DNA from: Chthoniobacterales bacterium
GTDB lineage: Bacteria; Verrucomicrobiota; Verrucomicrobiia; Chthoniobacterales; Chthoniobacteraceae
Reading direction: 5' to 3'
Length of the DNA stretch: 64,000 nucleotides
Assembly (NCBI GenBank): GCA_038207335.1
Contig: JBBQZX010000008.1
Coordinates: 32,001-96,000, forward strand
In this document: positions 1 through 9,970 of the stretch, piece after piece
Layout: each line of letters starts with the position of its first letter
How positions within the stretch are numbered: the first letter of the stretch is position 1
The notes under the pieces: model-generated
What the model saw: the letters and a program-made list of their open reading frames with translations, nothing else
What the model was told of the DNA's origin: nothing
Databases searched by the model: none
Program-made: the position numbers and the translations under genes

Positions 1-1
1 T

Positions 2-3000
2 GCAGAAAACACTGCCAGCAGCTATCCCCGCGAGACGCCTTACGTCCTTCCCACCGATCGCATTTGGAACGACACGGTTCCGGCGGTGATGGTCACCAAT
101 GGCATCGCGCACGACATTCAAATCCGAATGCACGGTAGCCGCTGGAACCGCCGTCCGTCGCGCAAGTCCTTCAAGATTTTATTCAACGACTACGACCTAT
201 TTACCGATAGCGATGGCAGCGCCGTGGGTTCTGTTTTTGAGACAGATAAAACAGACTACTTCCTGACAGCGCACGGCCTCAACCGGTTGGCCGGCCTGCC
301 GGTTTCCCCAGTCCGTTACGTGGACTGGTACTTCAACAACGACTCAGTCATCACCCGCGTCGAGCAGGGCGAATACAACGGCGAACTTCTCGACGCCTAC
401 TCAGCAAAACAACAAAGGCTCAACCCCGGCTCTCAGAAGGAGCCGACCGGCGAATACTACAAGTCAACAGGCTTCATCGTCTCGAGCAACGCCTCAGGTG
501 AAGGACCTTACGGCGACGGCAACGCCTGGCCACTTCCCGCCGCTGGCTACTGGAGCGAACTACAAAGATTCGAATACACCTACGCTCTGCAGAATCACTC
601 ATGGAAAGGCTTCGCACCCATCCGCGACCTCATCAATGGAATGTGGACTGCGAGAGGCGACTCGGCGGTGCCACTCACACAGAGTTCGTCCTACAATCCC
701 AACCTGGTCAACACGAAGACGTGGCTCCAAGCCAACTGGGACATTGATACGGAACTCACGTCTCTGGCCCTCAACAACTGGATGTGTCCTTGGGATGACA
801 CCACTCAGAACCACTTTCTCTGGCGCCGCTCAACCGGAAAATGGGTGCGGTTGCTGTGGGACTTCGACGGTGAGTATGGTGGAGGCGACAATGTCGGCTC
901 CGGCTCTTCCATCTACCTAGGCGAGCAAGGCCTGAGCAGCACTTACCCCGGGAACAACTCTCGCGGACCGAACTTTCTCAAGGATTCGATCCTGAAGTCT
1001 TTCCGGACCGAGTATAAGCAACGTCTCTGGTTCCTCAACAACACGCTGCTCGAGCCAGAAAACCTCCAAATTCTGAACTATACAAAGTCGGATGGAACGA
1101 CCAACACCTACTTCAACTTCATTCAGTCGGTGAACTCAGCGCAGACGGGGACCGGCTTCGCGCTCGGCCGCTTCAACTACGTGAACTCCCAAGTCGGTCT
1201 CGGCGTCTTCTACAAGCCCCGTCGCCCCGTCAACACCTCGCCATCCTCTGCCGCTGTCACGCTTCCCGGAGCTACCCTTAACGCGTCGGCCTACCTCTAC
1301 GATGCCGCCTACACTCATGCCGCCGCGCCGGTGGTCAGTCCTCACACTTCGTCGAAGTGGGAGATTCGTCCCGCTACTTCGACCTATGACTACCCGGCCT
1401 TCATAGGCACGAGCACGACCAATAAGACTTCGCTGCCGATCCCTTTCAATCAACTGACTTTTGGCCAGACGTACTTCTGGCGAGTTACTTACTACGATGC
1501 CGACGGGCATCCTTCCATCACTTCAGCGGAAACCTCGTTTTCCTATGGGCCGACTTCGACGACTGCGGGTTCGATCTCTTTGAACGAAGTTATGACCGAG
1601 AATCAGACTGTCGTGGTGAATGGGGGGAAATATCCCGACTACGTGGAACTTCGCAACAGCACCGCCGCGCCGATCGATATCAGCGGCTGGAGCTTGTCCG
1701 ACGACGATTTTAATCTCAACCGCTACGTCTTTCCCGGAGGCACCAGCGTCCCAACGAATGGCTTTCTGGTCGTCTGGTGTGACTCCGACTACTCCGCGCC
1801 CGGTCTTCACTCAGGCTTTGGGTTGGACAATGACGGGCAGCGCGTCTTGCTCACGCAAGGCGGGAGCATCAAGGACGTAGTGGCCTTTGGTCCGCAGGCG
1901 ACTGACCTATCGCTGGGTCGCGATGGATCAGGGACTTGGACGTTGAACGCGCCTACTCCGAGCTCCGCGAACGTCGTGAAGACTCCGCTCGGCAGTGCGA
2001 CGAATTTGAAGGTGAATGAATGGATGGCCGATCCTGTCTCGGGTTCGGATTGGTTTGAACTCTACAACTCCGATACGAACCCCGTGGCGCTTGGCGGGCT
2101 CTATCTTTCCGATACTCCCGGCACTCCGACAAAGACCCAAATCCCACCGCTATCCTTTGTGCGTGGCAAAGGTTTTACCAAGTTCACCGCGGATGGAAGC
2201 AAGGCGGGCTTTAACCACGTCGATTTCAAGATCAGCTCCGGTGGAGGATCACTACTTCTGACGAACGCAGCCAACTCGGCGACTATCGACTCCGTGACCT
2301 TCGGCGCGCAGGCGCGCAATGTTTCGCAAGGGCGGTTCCCGGATGGCTCGGCTACCATCTCCTCCTTTCCCGCAACGCCGTCGAAAGGCTACACGAACTG
2401 GCTTCCCACGAGTGTCGTGATCAATGAAGTGCTGACGAACTCCCCTCTGCCCTTGCTCGATACCGTCGAGCTTTTCAACCCGACGGGCAGCGCCGTGAAC
2501 GTCGGCGGATGGTGGCTCAGCGATGACAAGTATGTGCCGGAGAAGTATCACGTCGCGGCGAACAGCACGATCGGCGCGGGCGGCTATTTCGTGCTTGATG
2601 AGAATCAGTTCAACGCCGTGCCGGGAAATGCGGGAAGCTTTTCGTTCGATGCCCTCGGAGAGGAAGTCGTGCTGACGGCCGTGGACGGATCAAATGTCCC
2701 GACCGGCTACCGCGCGCAAGTGTTCTTCGGTGCGGCTGCGGATGGCGTCCCATTCGGTCGCATCGCGACTGCGAATGCGGCGCCGGAGTTTTGGCCTCTC
2801 ATCGCGCGCACTTTCAACGCACAGAATGCGCCTGCGAAAATCGGACCGATCATCGTCAACGAAGTCATGTATCACCCGGTCGATTTTTCCTCGCCGCCGG
2901 GAACCGATAACGCGCGCGACGAGTTCATCGAACTGCACAACGTCACTACGACCCAGGCCGATCTCAGCGGCTGGAAGATCAAAGGCGATTCGACTTTCAC

Positions 3001-3772
3001 CTTCACCGGCGGGACGACGATTTTGCCCGGCGACTACGTGCTGGTTGTGAGCTTCGACCCGGCTGTAGATACGACTTCGCTCGCGGCATTCCGCGCGGTT
3101 TACAGCCTGCCCGCGAGCGTGCCGATTTACGGGCCGTTCAGCCCGCATTTGCAGAATGACAGTCAGAACATCGAACTCGCGTTTCCGGGCGCTCCAATCG
3201 GTGGCGTCGTGCCTTTCATCCTCGCGGATCGCGTGACCTACTGGGATAACAGCCCGTGGCCCGCGGCGGCGGATGGAACGGGTAAATCGCTGCAGCGGCA
3301 AAGCCGATCGGTGATCGGCAACGAGCCTGCGAACTGGGTCGCCGGGGTGCCGACCCCGGGAAATGTGAACGGCGGGCAAGCCCCGATCACCGATAGTGAT
3401 GGCGACGGAATCCCTGACGATTGGGAACTTGCGCATGGCCTGAATCCAAAAGACGCAAGCGATGCGGTGTTGGATGCGGACAGCGACGGGCAGAGCAATC
3501 TCTCCGAATATCTCGCCGGCACCGACCCCCAGAATGCGCGTGACGCAATGTCTGTCACTGTCGAGAGCGCGGGCGGCAACGTCATGACGATTCGCTTTCC
3601 CGCAAAGGCAAACAAGAGCTACACCGTGCAATTCAAGAACGCTCTAAACGATGCGTCATGGCAGAAGCTAGTGGACTTCGCGGCAGTGGGCGCGGACCAG
3701 ATGCAGCAGACCACGGACACGACCGGCGGCTCGCAGCGGTTTTATCGCGTCGTGACGCCGATGCAGCCATGA
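2..3772 (+). CDS. Large secreted CotH-kinase-like protein with an FN3-like domain, four lamin-tail domains and a C-terminal DxDGDG/RFYRV tail (5'-truncated by the window edge)
   Basis: Frame is open from nt 2. CotH-like motifs KSFKILF and DDTTQNHFLWR...LLWDFD; LTFGQTYFWRV (FN3-like); four LTD starts (SLNEVM, KVNEWM, VINEVL, IVNEVM); DSDGDGIPDDWE...EYLAGTDP...RFYRV. Confidence 0.8.
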   Translation, partial: AENTASSYPRETPYVLPTDRIWNDTVPAVMVTNGIAHDIQIRMHGSRWNRRPSRKSFKILFNDYDLFTDSDGSAVGSVFETDKTDYFLTAHGLNRLAGLPVSPVRYVDWYFNNDSVITRVEQGEYNGELLDAYSAKQQRLNPGSQKEPTGEYYKSTGFIVSSNASGEGPYGDGNAWPLPAAGYWSELQRFEYTYALQNHSWKGFAPIRDLINGMWTARGDSAVPLTQSSSYNPNLVNTKTWLQANWDIDTELTSLALNNWMCPWDDTTQNHFLWRRSTGKWVRLLWDFDGEYGGGDNVGSGSSIYLGEQGLSSTYPGNNSRGPNFLKDSILKSFRTEYKQRLWFLNNTLLEPENLQILNYTKSDGTTNTYFNFIQSVNSAQTGTGFALGRFNYVNSQVGLGVFYKPRRPVNTSPSSAAVTLPGATLNASAYLYDAAYTHAAAPVVSPHTSSKWEIRPATSTYDYPAFIGTSTTNKTSLPIPFNQLTFGQTYFWRVTYYDADGHPSITSAETSFSYGPTSTTAGSISLNEVMTENQTVVVNGGKYPDYVELRNSTAAPIDISGWSLSDDDFNLNRYVFPGGTSVPTNGFLVVWCDSDYSAPGLHSGFGLDNDGQRVLLTQGGSIKDVVAFGPQATDLSLGRDGSGTWTLNAPTPSSANVVKTPLGSATNLKVNEWMADPVSGSDWFELYNSDTNPVALGGLYLSDTPGTPTKTQIPPLSFVRGKGFTKFTADGSKAGFNHVDFKISSGGGSLLLTNAANSATIDSVTFGAQARNVSQGRFPDGSATISSFPATPSKGYTNWLPTSVVINEVLTNSPLPLLDTVELFNPTGSAVNVGGWWLSDDKYVPEKYHVAANSTIGAGGYFVLDENQFNAVPGNAGSFSFDALGEEVVLTAVDGSNVPTGYRAQVFFGAAADGVPFGRIATANAAPEFWPLIARTFNAQNAPAKIGPIIVNEVMYHPVDFSSPPGTDNARDEFIELHNVTTTQADLSGWKIKGDSTFTFTGGTTILPGDYVLVVSFDPAVDTTSLAAFRAVYSLPASVPIYGPFSPHLQNDSQNIELAFPGAPIGGVVPFILADRVTYWDNSPWPAAADGTGKSLQRQSRSVIGNEPANWVAGVPTPGNVNGGQAPITDSDGDGIPDDWELAHGLNPKDASDAVLDADSDGQSNLSEYLAGTDPQNARDAMSVTVESAGGNVMTIRFPAKANKSYTVQFKNALNDASWQKLVDFAAVGADQMQQTTDTTGGSQRFYRVVTPMQP

Positions 3773-4053
3773 GCAACGCGGATGACTCGCTGACGGATTT
3801 CGTGGACATCACAATCGCGTTGGAAGGCGCGGGGGATGCCGTCGCGGAAAAATCGCTGATCGACGCGCTCAGCGCAGTCGAGGGGATTCGGGAGTTCTCG
3901 ATCGAGCATGGGAAAGTCGGGCTGGAATACGATCCGGCGCGGGTCAATCGCGCGGAGATTGAGCGGCTCATTGCGCGAGCCGGCTTTCGAGTCGGAGACG
4001 TGGTAAGCGCGGCCGCATCGCCGATCAATGACGCGCTGCATGAAGGCGAGTGA
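3769..4053 (+). CDS. HMA/CopZ-fold small protein lacking CxxC
   Basis: ATG overlaps the upstream stop (ATGA). Pattern ALSAVEGI...VGLEYDPARVNRAEIERLIARAGF is typical of HMA domains. Confidence 0.65.
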   Translation: MSNADDSLTDFVDITIALEGAGDAVAEKSLIDALSAVEGIREFSIEHGKVGLEYDPARVNRAEIERLIARAGFRVGDVVSAAASPINDALHEGE

Positions 4054-4073
4054 AGTCTTGGACTGAAGTGGAT

Positions 4074-5375
4074 CTAGCGCCGTTGCACGGCGGTGCCCTC
4101 GCTCACTGCGTCCGGGGGGTGCAGGATCACTGTCTGGCCTTCCTCGAGGCCCGATTGGACTTCGGCCGCTGTTCCGTTGTTGTGCGCGATTTCAACTTTT
4201 GCGAGGCGGGCTTTTCCACCTTCGAGAACGAAGGCGTTCCAGTTTCCGCCGCGGCGGAAAAGCGCGCCGGTGGGGACTTGGAGCACGCTTTCCTCGTGCC
4301 AGGTGACGATGCGCGCCTCGACTCGGAAACGGTCGCCGAGCGGGTGATCGGCGGGGAGGGGATCGACGAATTCCACGCGCACCTTCACGCGCTGCTCCTC
4401 GACTCCGAGCGCTGAAATTTTTGTGAATCCGCCGGGCTCGATGACGGAAACTTTTCCGCGTAGCGGCGCGCTGCCGCCCCACTGCTCGATCGAGACGGCA
4501 TCGCCGGGTTGCACGCGGACGGCGTCGCTGGAGAGAAGTTCGATCTCGGCTTCGAGATCGGAAGGATCGCCGACTTCCATGATCGCCGTGCCAGCGGCGG
4601 CGATGCGCGCGTTCTCTTCCATCACGTTCAGCACGACGCCGCTGACGGGCGCGATGATCTTCATCGGCTCCGCTTTTTCGGTGGTAGGATTTTTCGCCTG
4701 ATCGAGCGTAGCTTTCGCCTGCGTAAACTCGAACTCGGCGACCTGCTGCGCAAATTCCAGCGCGCGCAGTTCGCGCGTTTGCACGGCGACTTCAGCCTCG
4801 GCGGTGTCCCAATCCTTTGCGGAGATTGCGCCCGACTTTTGCAGCGCGGCAGCGCGGTCGCGGTCTTTCTGGGCCAGATCGAGCGACGAGTGGGCGCGCT
4901 CGACTTGAGCGGCGGCTTGCATTTTTCCCGCCTCGGCGGCCTGCGCGCGGGCCTCGGTTTCGGCTCGTGTGCGTGGGTCGAGGAGGCTGGAAAGTTGCGG
5001 TTGGATCGTGGCGAGCACGGTCTCGTTTACCTTGATCGGATCACCGGCGCGCAACTCGATTCGGTTGAGGAATCCGGTGACCGGTGGCGAGATCATGTAG
5101 CGGTGCCGGATGCGCGTCTTGCCTTCCTCGAGGACTGAAACGGTGAGAGGAGCATGCTCGATTTTCGCGGTTTCGACTTCGATCGGTTTTGGGATCAAGC
5201 CCCACACGATCGCCGCGACGAGTCCGCCGCCGATGACGTATGGGACGACCTTGCGCCACCCGCCGCGCTTGCGTTGACGGGCCTTCGCGGGCGACGGGGC
5301 GGTAGAGGTGAGCGGGGCGGATTTCAACGGCGAGGTGTTTCGTGAGGCGCGGAAGTTACACGAAATCGTCGTCAC
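4074..5375 (-). CDS. Efflux/ABC periplasmic adaptor (HlyD/MFP family); start uncertain, possibly TTG at 5327
   Basis: N-terminal TM helix, coiled hairpin, IIAPVSGVVL, GFTKISALGVEEQRV. Confidence 0.85.
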   Translation of the reverse strand: MTTISCNFRASRNTSPLKSAPLTSTAPSPAKARQRKRGGWRKVVPYVIGGGLVAAIVWGLIPKPIEVETAKIEHAPLTVSVLEEGKTRIRHRYMISPPVTGFLNRIELRAGDPIKVNETVLATIQPQLSSLLDPRTRAETEARAQAAEAGKMQAAAQVERAHSSLDLAQKDRDRAAALQKSGAISAKDWDTAEAEVAVQTRELRALEFAQQVAEFEFTQAKATLDQAKNPTTEKAEPMKIIAPVSGVVLNVMEENARIAAAGTAIMEVGDPSDLEAEIELLSSDAVRVQPGDAVSIEQWGGSAPLRGKVSVIEPGGFTKISALGVEEQRVKVRVEFVDPLPADHPLGDRFRVEARIVTWHEESVLQVPTGALFRRGGNWNAFVLEGGKARLAKVEIAHNNGTAAEVQSGLEEGQTVILHPPDAVSEGTAVQRR

Positions 5376-5481
5376 GGCGATATGCCGTGCGGAAGAATTG
5401 AAACATGAAGATGCACTGAGCCGGTGATTCAGCGTAGAGGCGATTAGCAGAAACGCGGGTGCGGCGTTAAACGAGGCCCGG

Positions 5482-7845
5482 TTACTCCGTGGCTTTCAGG
5501 ACGCTCAGGAGATCGAGGTCGCGGATTCGACGGCTCACGATGATGCAGGAGATGGTCGCGGAGGTGAGGACGATGAGGACGGCGGTGGCGTAGCTGCGGG
5601 TGCTGAGGACGAGCGGCAGGCGGACGGTTTCGGTGCTCGCGGTGTGGACGATCGCGCTGGCGAGAAAGCTGCCGATGACGAGTCCGACGGGCAGGGCGAG
5701 CAGAGTGAGGAGTGCGATTTCTCCGATCATGACGGCGGCGACTTCGCGATGCGTGAAGCCGATGACGCGGAGGGTCGCGAGGTCGCGGCTGCGCTCGGAG
5801 AGAGCGATGCGCGCGCTGTTATAAACGACTCCAAATGCAACGATCGTGGCGAAGCTGAAGTAGAGCGTCTGGATCATGCCGATCATGTCAGCAGTGCTTT
5901 TTCTGAAGCTCTGGCGCACGGCGCTTTTGATCGCGAGCGATGCGATGCGCGGCGACTCTTTCACCTTCTCCAAGAAAGCGCCCCACTGGCTGCGATCGAC
6001 CGCAATGTGCGCTCCGCTGATGGTTTGGCCTTCGCGCATGAGGCGTTGGAGTGATCCGATTTCCATGTATGCGGCAACGCCGGCGTAGTCGGTAATGAGG
6101 CCGTTGATGGTGGCTTCACGCGTGGGGCGTCGGCCTTCCTGGACTTCGAGGAGGATGCGGTCGCCGAGTTTTGCGCCAAGGATTTCGGCGAGTTTTTTCG
6201 AGACGAGCAGGCCGTCGGGCGGGAGAGGGATCGGGGCGCCGTTGGCGTCGAGGACGCGGTTCAAAAGCGCCTCGCGCGTGACGCCGGAGACGCCGAGTCG
6301 GCGCGAGCGGTTTCCAAATCGCAGGCGCGCGGGGACGCTGCGAAATGGCTCGGCGGTGATGACGCCGGGGAGATGCCGCATGTCGCTGAGCGCGGAGCCG
6401 GAGCCGGGCTCGATGAGGGCGAGCGTGACGTCCTGCCGCTGCGCTTTTTCCCACTGGAAATCGAGGATGTAGCTGATGCCGTCACGCATGGCGCCGGGGA
6501 CGATCGGGATGCCGGTCGCGAGCGCGAGGCCGAGCGCGGTGAAGGCCGCCTGCCACGGTCGGCGCTCGATATTTCTGAGCACCATGCGAAAGCCCGGGCC
6601 GGCGAGTCTGCCGAGGCCGGCGCGCTCGATGAGTGAAGCGCGAAAATCGGCGGGCGGCTCGGGACGCATGGCCTCGGCGGGCGGGAGGCGCACAGCCTGT
6701 CGCACGGCACCGATGACGCCGATGAATGCCGCGCCGGAGCTGACGAGAAATGCGGTGGTGAGCGCGGGCAAGTCGGGGTGAAAATGGAGGTCGGGAAACT
6801 GGAAGAAGCGGTGGTAAACGCCGACAACTTGCGTGCCGAGGATGAGGCCGGCGGTGCCGCCGACGACGGTGCCGATGGCGACGATGACTAGCGCGAATTT
6901 CAGGTAATGCGCGCCGACCTGGCGGGAGGAGTATCCGAAGGCTTTGAGCTGCGCGATTTGCTCGCGCTGGAGGCGGATCACTCGCGTAAGGACGGCGCTC
7001 GTCATGAATGCGGCGATGCTGAGGAAGACCGCGGGGAAGGCGAACGAGAGGCCGTGGAGGACGCGAAGTTCGTCGCTGAGGCGGACGGCGGAGGGGTGGT
7101 CGCGACGGTCGTAGGCGACGAGGCCGCCGTAGGGCGCGAGGATGCGGTCGAGCGCAGCGAGGATCGGCGCGGTGGGCTCGCCGGGGGCGACATCGACGAG
7201 GACGTTGTTGAATGCGCCGTGGAGCTGGAATGCGGTGGAGAGTTCGCGCTCGTTCATCCAGAAGACGCCGAAGCGGCGGTTGTCCGGGAGCGTCTCGCCG
7301 GGGCGCGCCTCGAAGACGAACTCGGGCGAGAGGACGATGCCGGTGATTTTCAACGTGACGCGCGCGCCGTGCATGAGCGCGGTGATCGTGTTGCCGGGCT
7401 CGAATCCGTGGGCTTTTGCGAAGGCTTCGCCGACGACGACTTCGCCGCGGCTGCCTGGCTCGGGGAGGCGTCCGCGGCGGACGAAAAGGAGATTGAGCTG
7501 CTGCGGGCGATCTTCGGGAAGTGAGTAAATAAGCCCATCCGCGGGCTCCGCGAGGCCGGGAAGGTCGAGCGTGATTTTGCCGGAGACGCGCGTCTCGATG
7601 GCGGCGACGCCGGGGATTTGCGCGAGACGCGCGCGGAGCGAATTGGGCGCACGCTTCACGTCGCAGAAGACGTCGGCGAAACGGTTGCGCTCGTAGTAGC
7701 TGTCGCGCGTGGTTTCGAGGGAAAGGATGAGGCTGCGGGCCATGATCATCATCGCGAGTCCGCAGGCCATGACGAGGCTGACGGCGACGATCTGACCCTT
7801 CATCTTGCCGATGTCGCGGATGAGTTTGAGATCGAGCGGGGACAT
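5482..7845 (-). CDS. ABC transporter permease, FtsX/MacB-like, duplicated
   Basis: Two FtsX halves (QREQIAQLKAFGY; ERSRDLATLRVIGF) and multiple TM helices. Confidence 0.88.
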   Translation of the reverse strand: MSPLDLKLIRDIGKMKGQIVAVSLVMACGLAMMIMARSLILSLETTRDSYYERNRFADVFCDVKRAPNSLRARLAQIPGVAAIETRVSGKITLDLPGLAEPADGLIYSLPEDRPQQLNLLFVRRGRLPEPGSRGEVVVGEAFAKAHGFEPGNTITALMHGARVTLKITGIVLSPEFVFEARPGETLPDNRRFGVFWMNERELSTAFQLHGAFNNVLVDVAPGEPTAPILAALDRILAPYGGLVAYDRRDHPSAVRLSDELRVLHGLSFAFPAVFLSIAAFMTSAVLTRVIRLQREQIAQLKAFGYSSRQVGAHYLKFALVIVAIGTVVGGTAGLILGTQVVGVYHRFFQFPDLHFHPDLPALTTAFLVSSGAAFIGVIGAVRQAVRLPPAEAMRPEPPADFRASLIERAGLGRLAGPGFRMVLRNIERRPWQAAFTALGLALATGIPIVPGAMRDGISYILDFQWEKAQRQDVTLALIEPGSGSALSDMRHLPGVITAEPFRSVPARLRFGNRSRRLGVSGVTREALLNRVLDANGAPIPLPPDGLLVSKKLAEILGAKLGDRILLEVQEGRRPTREATINGLITDYAGVAAYMEIGSLQRLMREGQTISGAHIAVDRSQWGAFLEKVKESPRIASLAIKSAVRQSFRKSTADMIGMIQTLYFSFATIVAFGVVYNSARIALSERSRDLATLRVIGFTHREVAAVMIGEIALLTLLALPVGLVIGSFLASAIVHTASTETVRLPLVLSTRSYATAVLIVLTSATISCIIVSRRIRDLDLLSVLKATE

Positions 7846-7910
7846 CGTGGAGGCAGGAAAAGCTAGCACCTTACTACGACCGCGGCCTCGCGCTGGCTCG
7901 AAATCAGGGC

Positions 7911-8084
7911 ATGAAAATCACACGCGTTGTTTGTTTGATTGCAGTGATCGCAGGGCTGTCGTGCGGATGCCGGACGGCCGAGCACGTGACGCGGAAAGGC
8001 GTGCATGTGGCTGGGCATGGCGTGCAGAAAGCCGGGCATGTGGTGACGAATACCGGCGAGGCGATCATGTCGCACGGGAACTGA
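7911..8084 (+). CDS. 57-aa His-rich entericidin-like lipoprotein (not in the ORF track)
   Basis: Hand translation: MKITRVVCLIAVIAGLSCGCRTAEHVTRKGVHVAGHGVQKAGHVVTNTGEAIMSHGN*. Signal peptide, lipobox-like Cys and a short amphipathic helix; fills the intergenic gap. Confidence 0.7.
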   Translation: MKITRVVCLIAVIAGLSCGCRTAEHVTRKGVHVAGHGVQKAGHVVTNTGEAIMSHGN

Positions 8085-8100
8085 GCGGCGAGCCCGCGCG

Positions 8101-9954
8101 TTATTGAGGCAGCGCAGCGCCGGTCGAGGTGACCTTCTGTTTCGCACTCTCGATTTTCGCCGCGATCTTTTTGTCGGTCTGGTCGAGCGCAAACGCTTTC
8201 TGCCAGTAGGTCAAAGCCTCGCCGGTCTTGCCGAGCGCGGCGTAGGTGTCGCCGACGTGGTCGAAGACGACCGCGTCCTCCGGCTTGATCGCCTCGGCGG
8301 CACGGAGCAGTTCTTTCAATGCGAGTTGATAGTCTCCTTTTTTAAAATAGAGCCAGCCGAGGCTGTCCACGAACGCCGCGTTGTCGGGGTCCATGTCGAG
8401 TGCTTTTTTCAGCAGCGCAGCGGCCTCGTCGAGCTTCTCGCCGCGGTCGGCCCACATGTAGCCCATGTAATTGTAAGCCTGCGCGGCATTCGCAGGGTCG
8501 AGCTCGATGCTGCGATTGATGAGCTCCTCGGCTTTTTGAAGAAGCCCCGCCTGCTCGGCCGCTGCGCCATATTGAAAGTAAAACTGCGCCGTGAGCATCT
8601 CGTCGTGACTCTGCTGCGCCTCTGCGAGCGCCTCTGCAAATGCGGTCATCGCCTCGGTGTGCTTCTTCGCCTGCGAGAGCGTGAGGGCGTAGCTGAAGGT
8701 GATCTCGGGTCGGTCGGAAAATCGCGCGCGGGCGTTACGCATGGTCTGCACGGCGCGCTCGTAGCGTTTCGCGCGAAGGAGCATCTCGGTGAGGCGCAGG
8801 TAGTTACGCGGCTCGCTCGCGTCGAGTTGGAGGCTGTGCTCGTAGTTCGCAATCGCTTTGTCGATGTCGCCCTTTTGCTCGTAGAGTTCGCCGAGCAACT
8901 CAAACGTCTCGAATCGATTCGGATTATCCTTCGTGAGTTGTTCGAGCAAAACGATTGCGTTGTCCCGCTGGTCGGTCGCGATCAATGCGCGCGCGAGCTT
9001 TTCACGCAGATTCGCGGTCGGCGGCTCCGTCTGCGACTGCTGGAGGGGGAGCGCGGCGAGATACATCGGGATTGCTTCCTTCACCTGCCGCGAGAGGACG
9101 AAGTAATCGCCCACGCGCGTCAGCGCCGCGGCGTCCTCCTTCCCGAGCGCAGCCGCCTTGCGATAGATCGCGTTCATTTTCTCCAAATCCGCAGGCTGGC
9201 TCGTGCCGTCCTCTTTCAAATAAAGGCGCGTCTGAAGGTCGCCGAGCTGGAGCCAAAATTGCGCGTCGCTGCTTTTGACTTTGCTCGCGCGGTCGAGGAG
9301 TTGCTCGGCCTTCTTGAGCTGCTCCGTGCCCATGTAGAGCTCGAAGACCGCGAGGTAAGACGCGAAATTATCCGGCGCGAGCGCGAGCGCCTGCTCTGCG
9401 TAGCGCAGCGCGGGCTCCGGCTTTTTGAGATTCCGCGCGTAGAGCTGCGCGAGGTAAATCAGCGGGCGCGCGTCTTTCGGCTCGGCCTTGATCGCGTCTT
9501 TGAGCGTCTCGATCCCGCCCGCCACGTCATTCCGTTTCGAGAGCTCAAACGCGACTTTGATCGCGAGTTCGACGTAGCCGGGGTCGGCATCGAGCGTCTT
9601 CCGATAGCTCGCGAGCGCCTTGTCCGCTTCGGCATTATCCTCCGCTACCACCGCATCCGCAAAGCTGCTGAGCGCGTCTGCTTTTTTCTCGGTGTCTCGC
9701 GTGAGCAGGAGGTCGGGAGGGAGCGGACGCCGTGCCGACGGATATGCGTCGGCGAACTCCGGCGGGGCAGGCGGCGCAACCGCGCGCGGAGGCTCTGCGA
9801 TTTTTGCCGGCTTCTTTGCAAACTTCGGCCACGCTGCCGTGAGAGGTGCGGGCGCGATGAAAAGCGCGGCGGAAGCGACGCCCGCAAGCGCGAATGATTT
9901 GGCGGAGAAAAACGCTCGCGGCCTTGGAGAACAGGGCAGCCGAAGCGGAATCAT
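8101..9954 (-). CDS. Exported tetratricopeptide-repeat protein
   Basis: Signal-like N-terminus and many TPRs; AYNYMGYMWADRG...AFVDSLGWLYF motif. Confidence 0.88.
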   Translation of the reverse strand: MIPLRLPCSPRPRAFFSAKSFALAGVASAALFIAPAPLTAAWPKFAKKPAKIAEPPRAVAPPAPPEFADAYPSARRPLPPDLLLTRDTEKKADALSSFADAVVAEDNAEADKALASYRKTLDADPGYVELAIKVAFELSKRNDVAGGIETLKDAIKAEPKDARPLIYLAQLYARNLKKPEPALRYAEQALALAPDNFASYLAVFELYMGTEQLKKAEQLLDRASKVKSSDAQFWLQLGDLQTRLYLKEDGTSQPADLEKMNAIYRKAAALGKEDAAALTRVGDYFVLSRQVKEAIPMYLAALPLQQSQTEPPTANLREKLARALIATDQRDNAIVLLEQLTKDNPNRFETFELLGELYEQKGDIDKAIANYEHSLQLDASEPRNYLRLTEMLLRAKRYERAVQTMRNARARFSDRPEITFSYALTLSQAKKHTEAMTAFAEALAEAQQSHDEMLTAQFYFQYGAAAEQAGLLQKAEELINRSIELDPANAAQAYNYMGYMWADRGEKLDEAAALLKKALDMDPDNAAFVDSLGWLYFKKGDYQLALKELLRAAEAIKPEDAVVFDHVGDTYAALGKTGEALTYWQKAFALDQTDKKIAAKIESAKQKVTSTGAALPQ

Positions 9955-9970
9955 CGGCGAAACCTATCGC

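Noticed and set aside
8104..9897. 597-aa plus-strand ORF, and similar long ORFs at 37046-38635, 60924-62519, 12506-13744 and 54339-55526
   Set aside because: Antisense shadows of clear genes in high-GC DNA; Arg-rich and without recognisable motifs.
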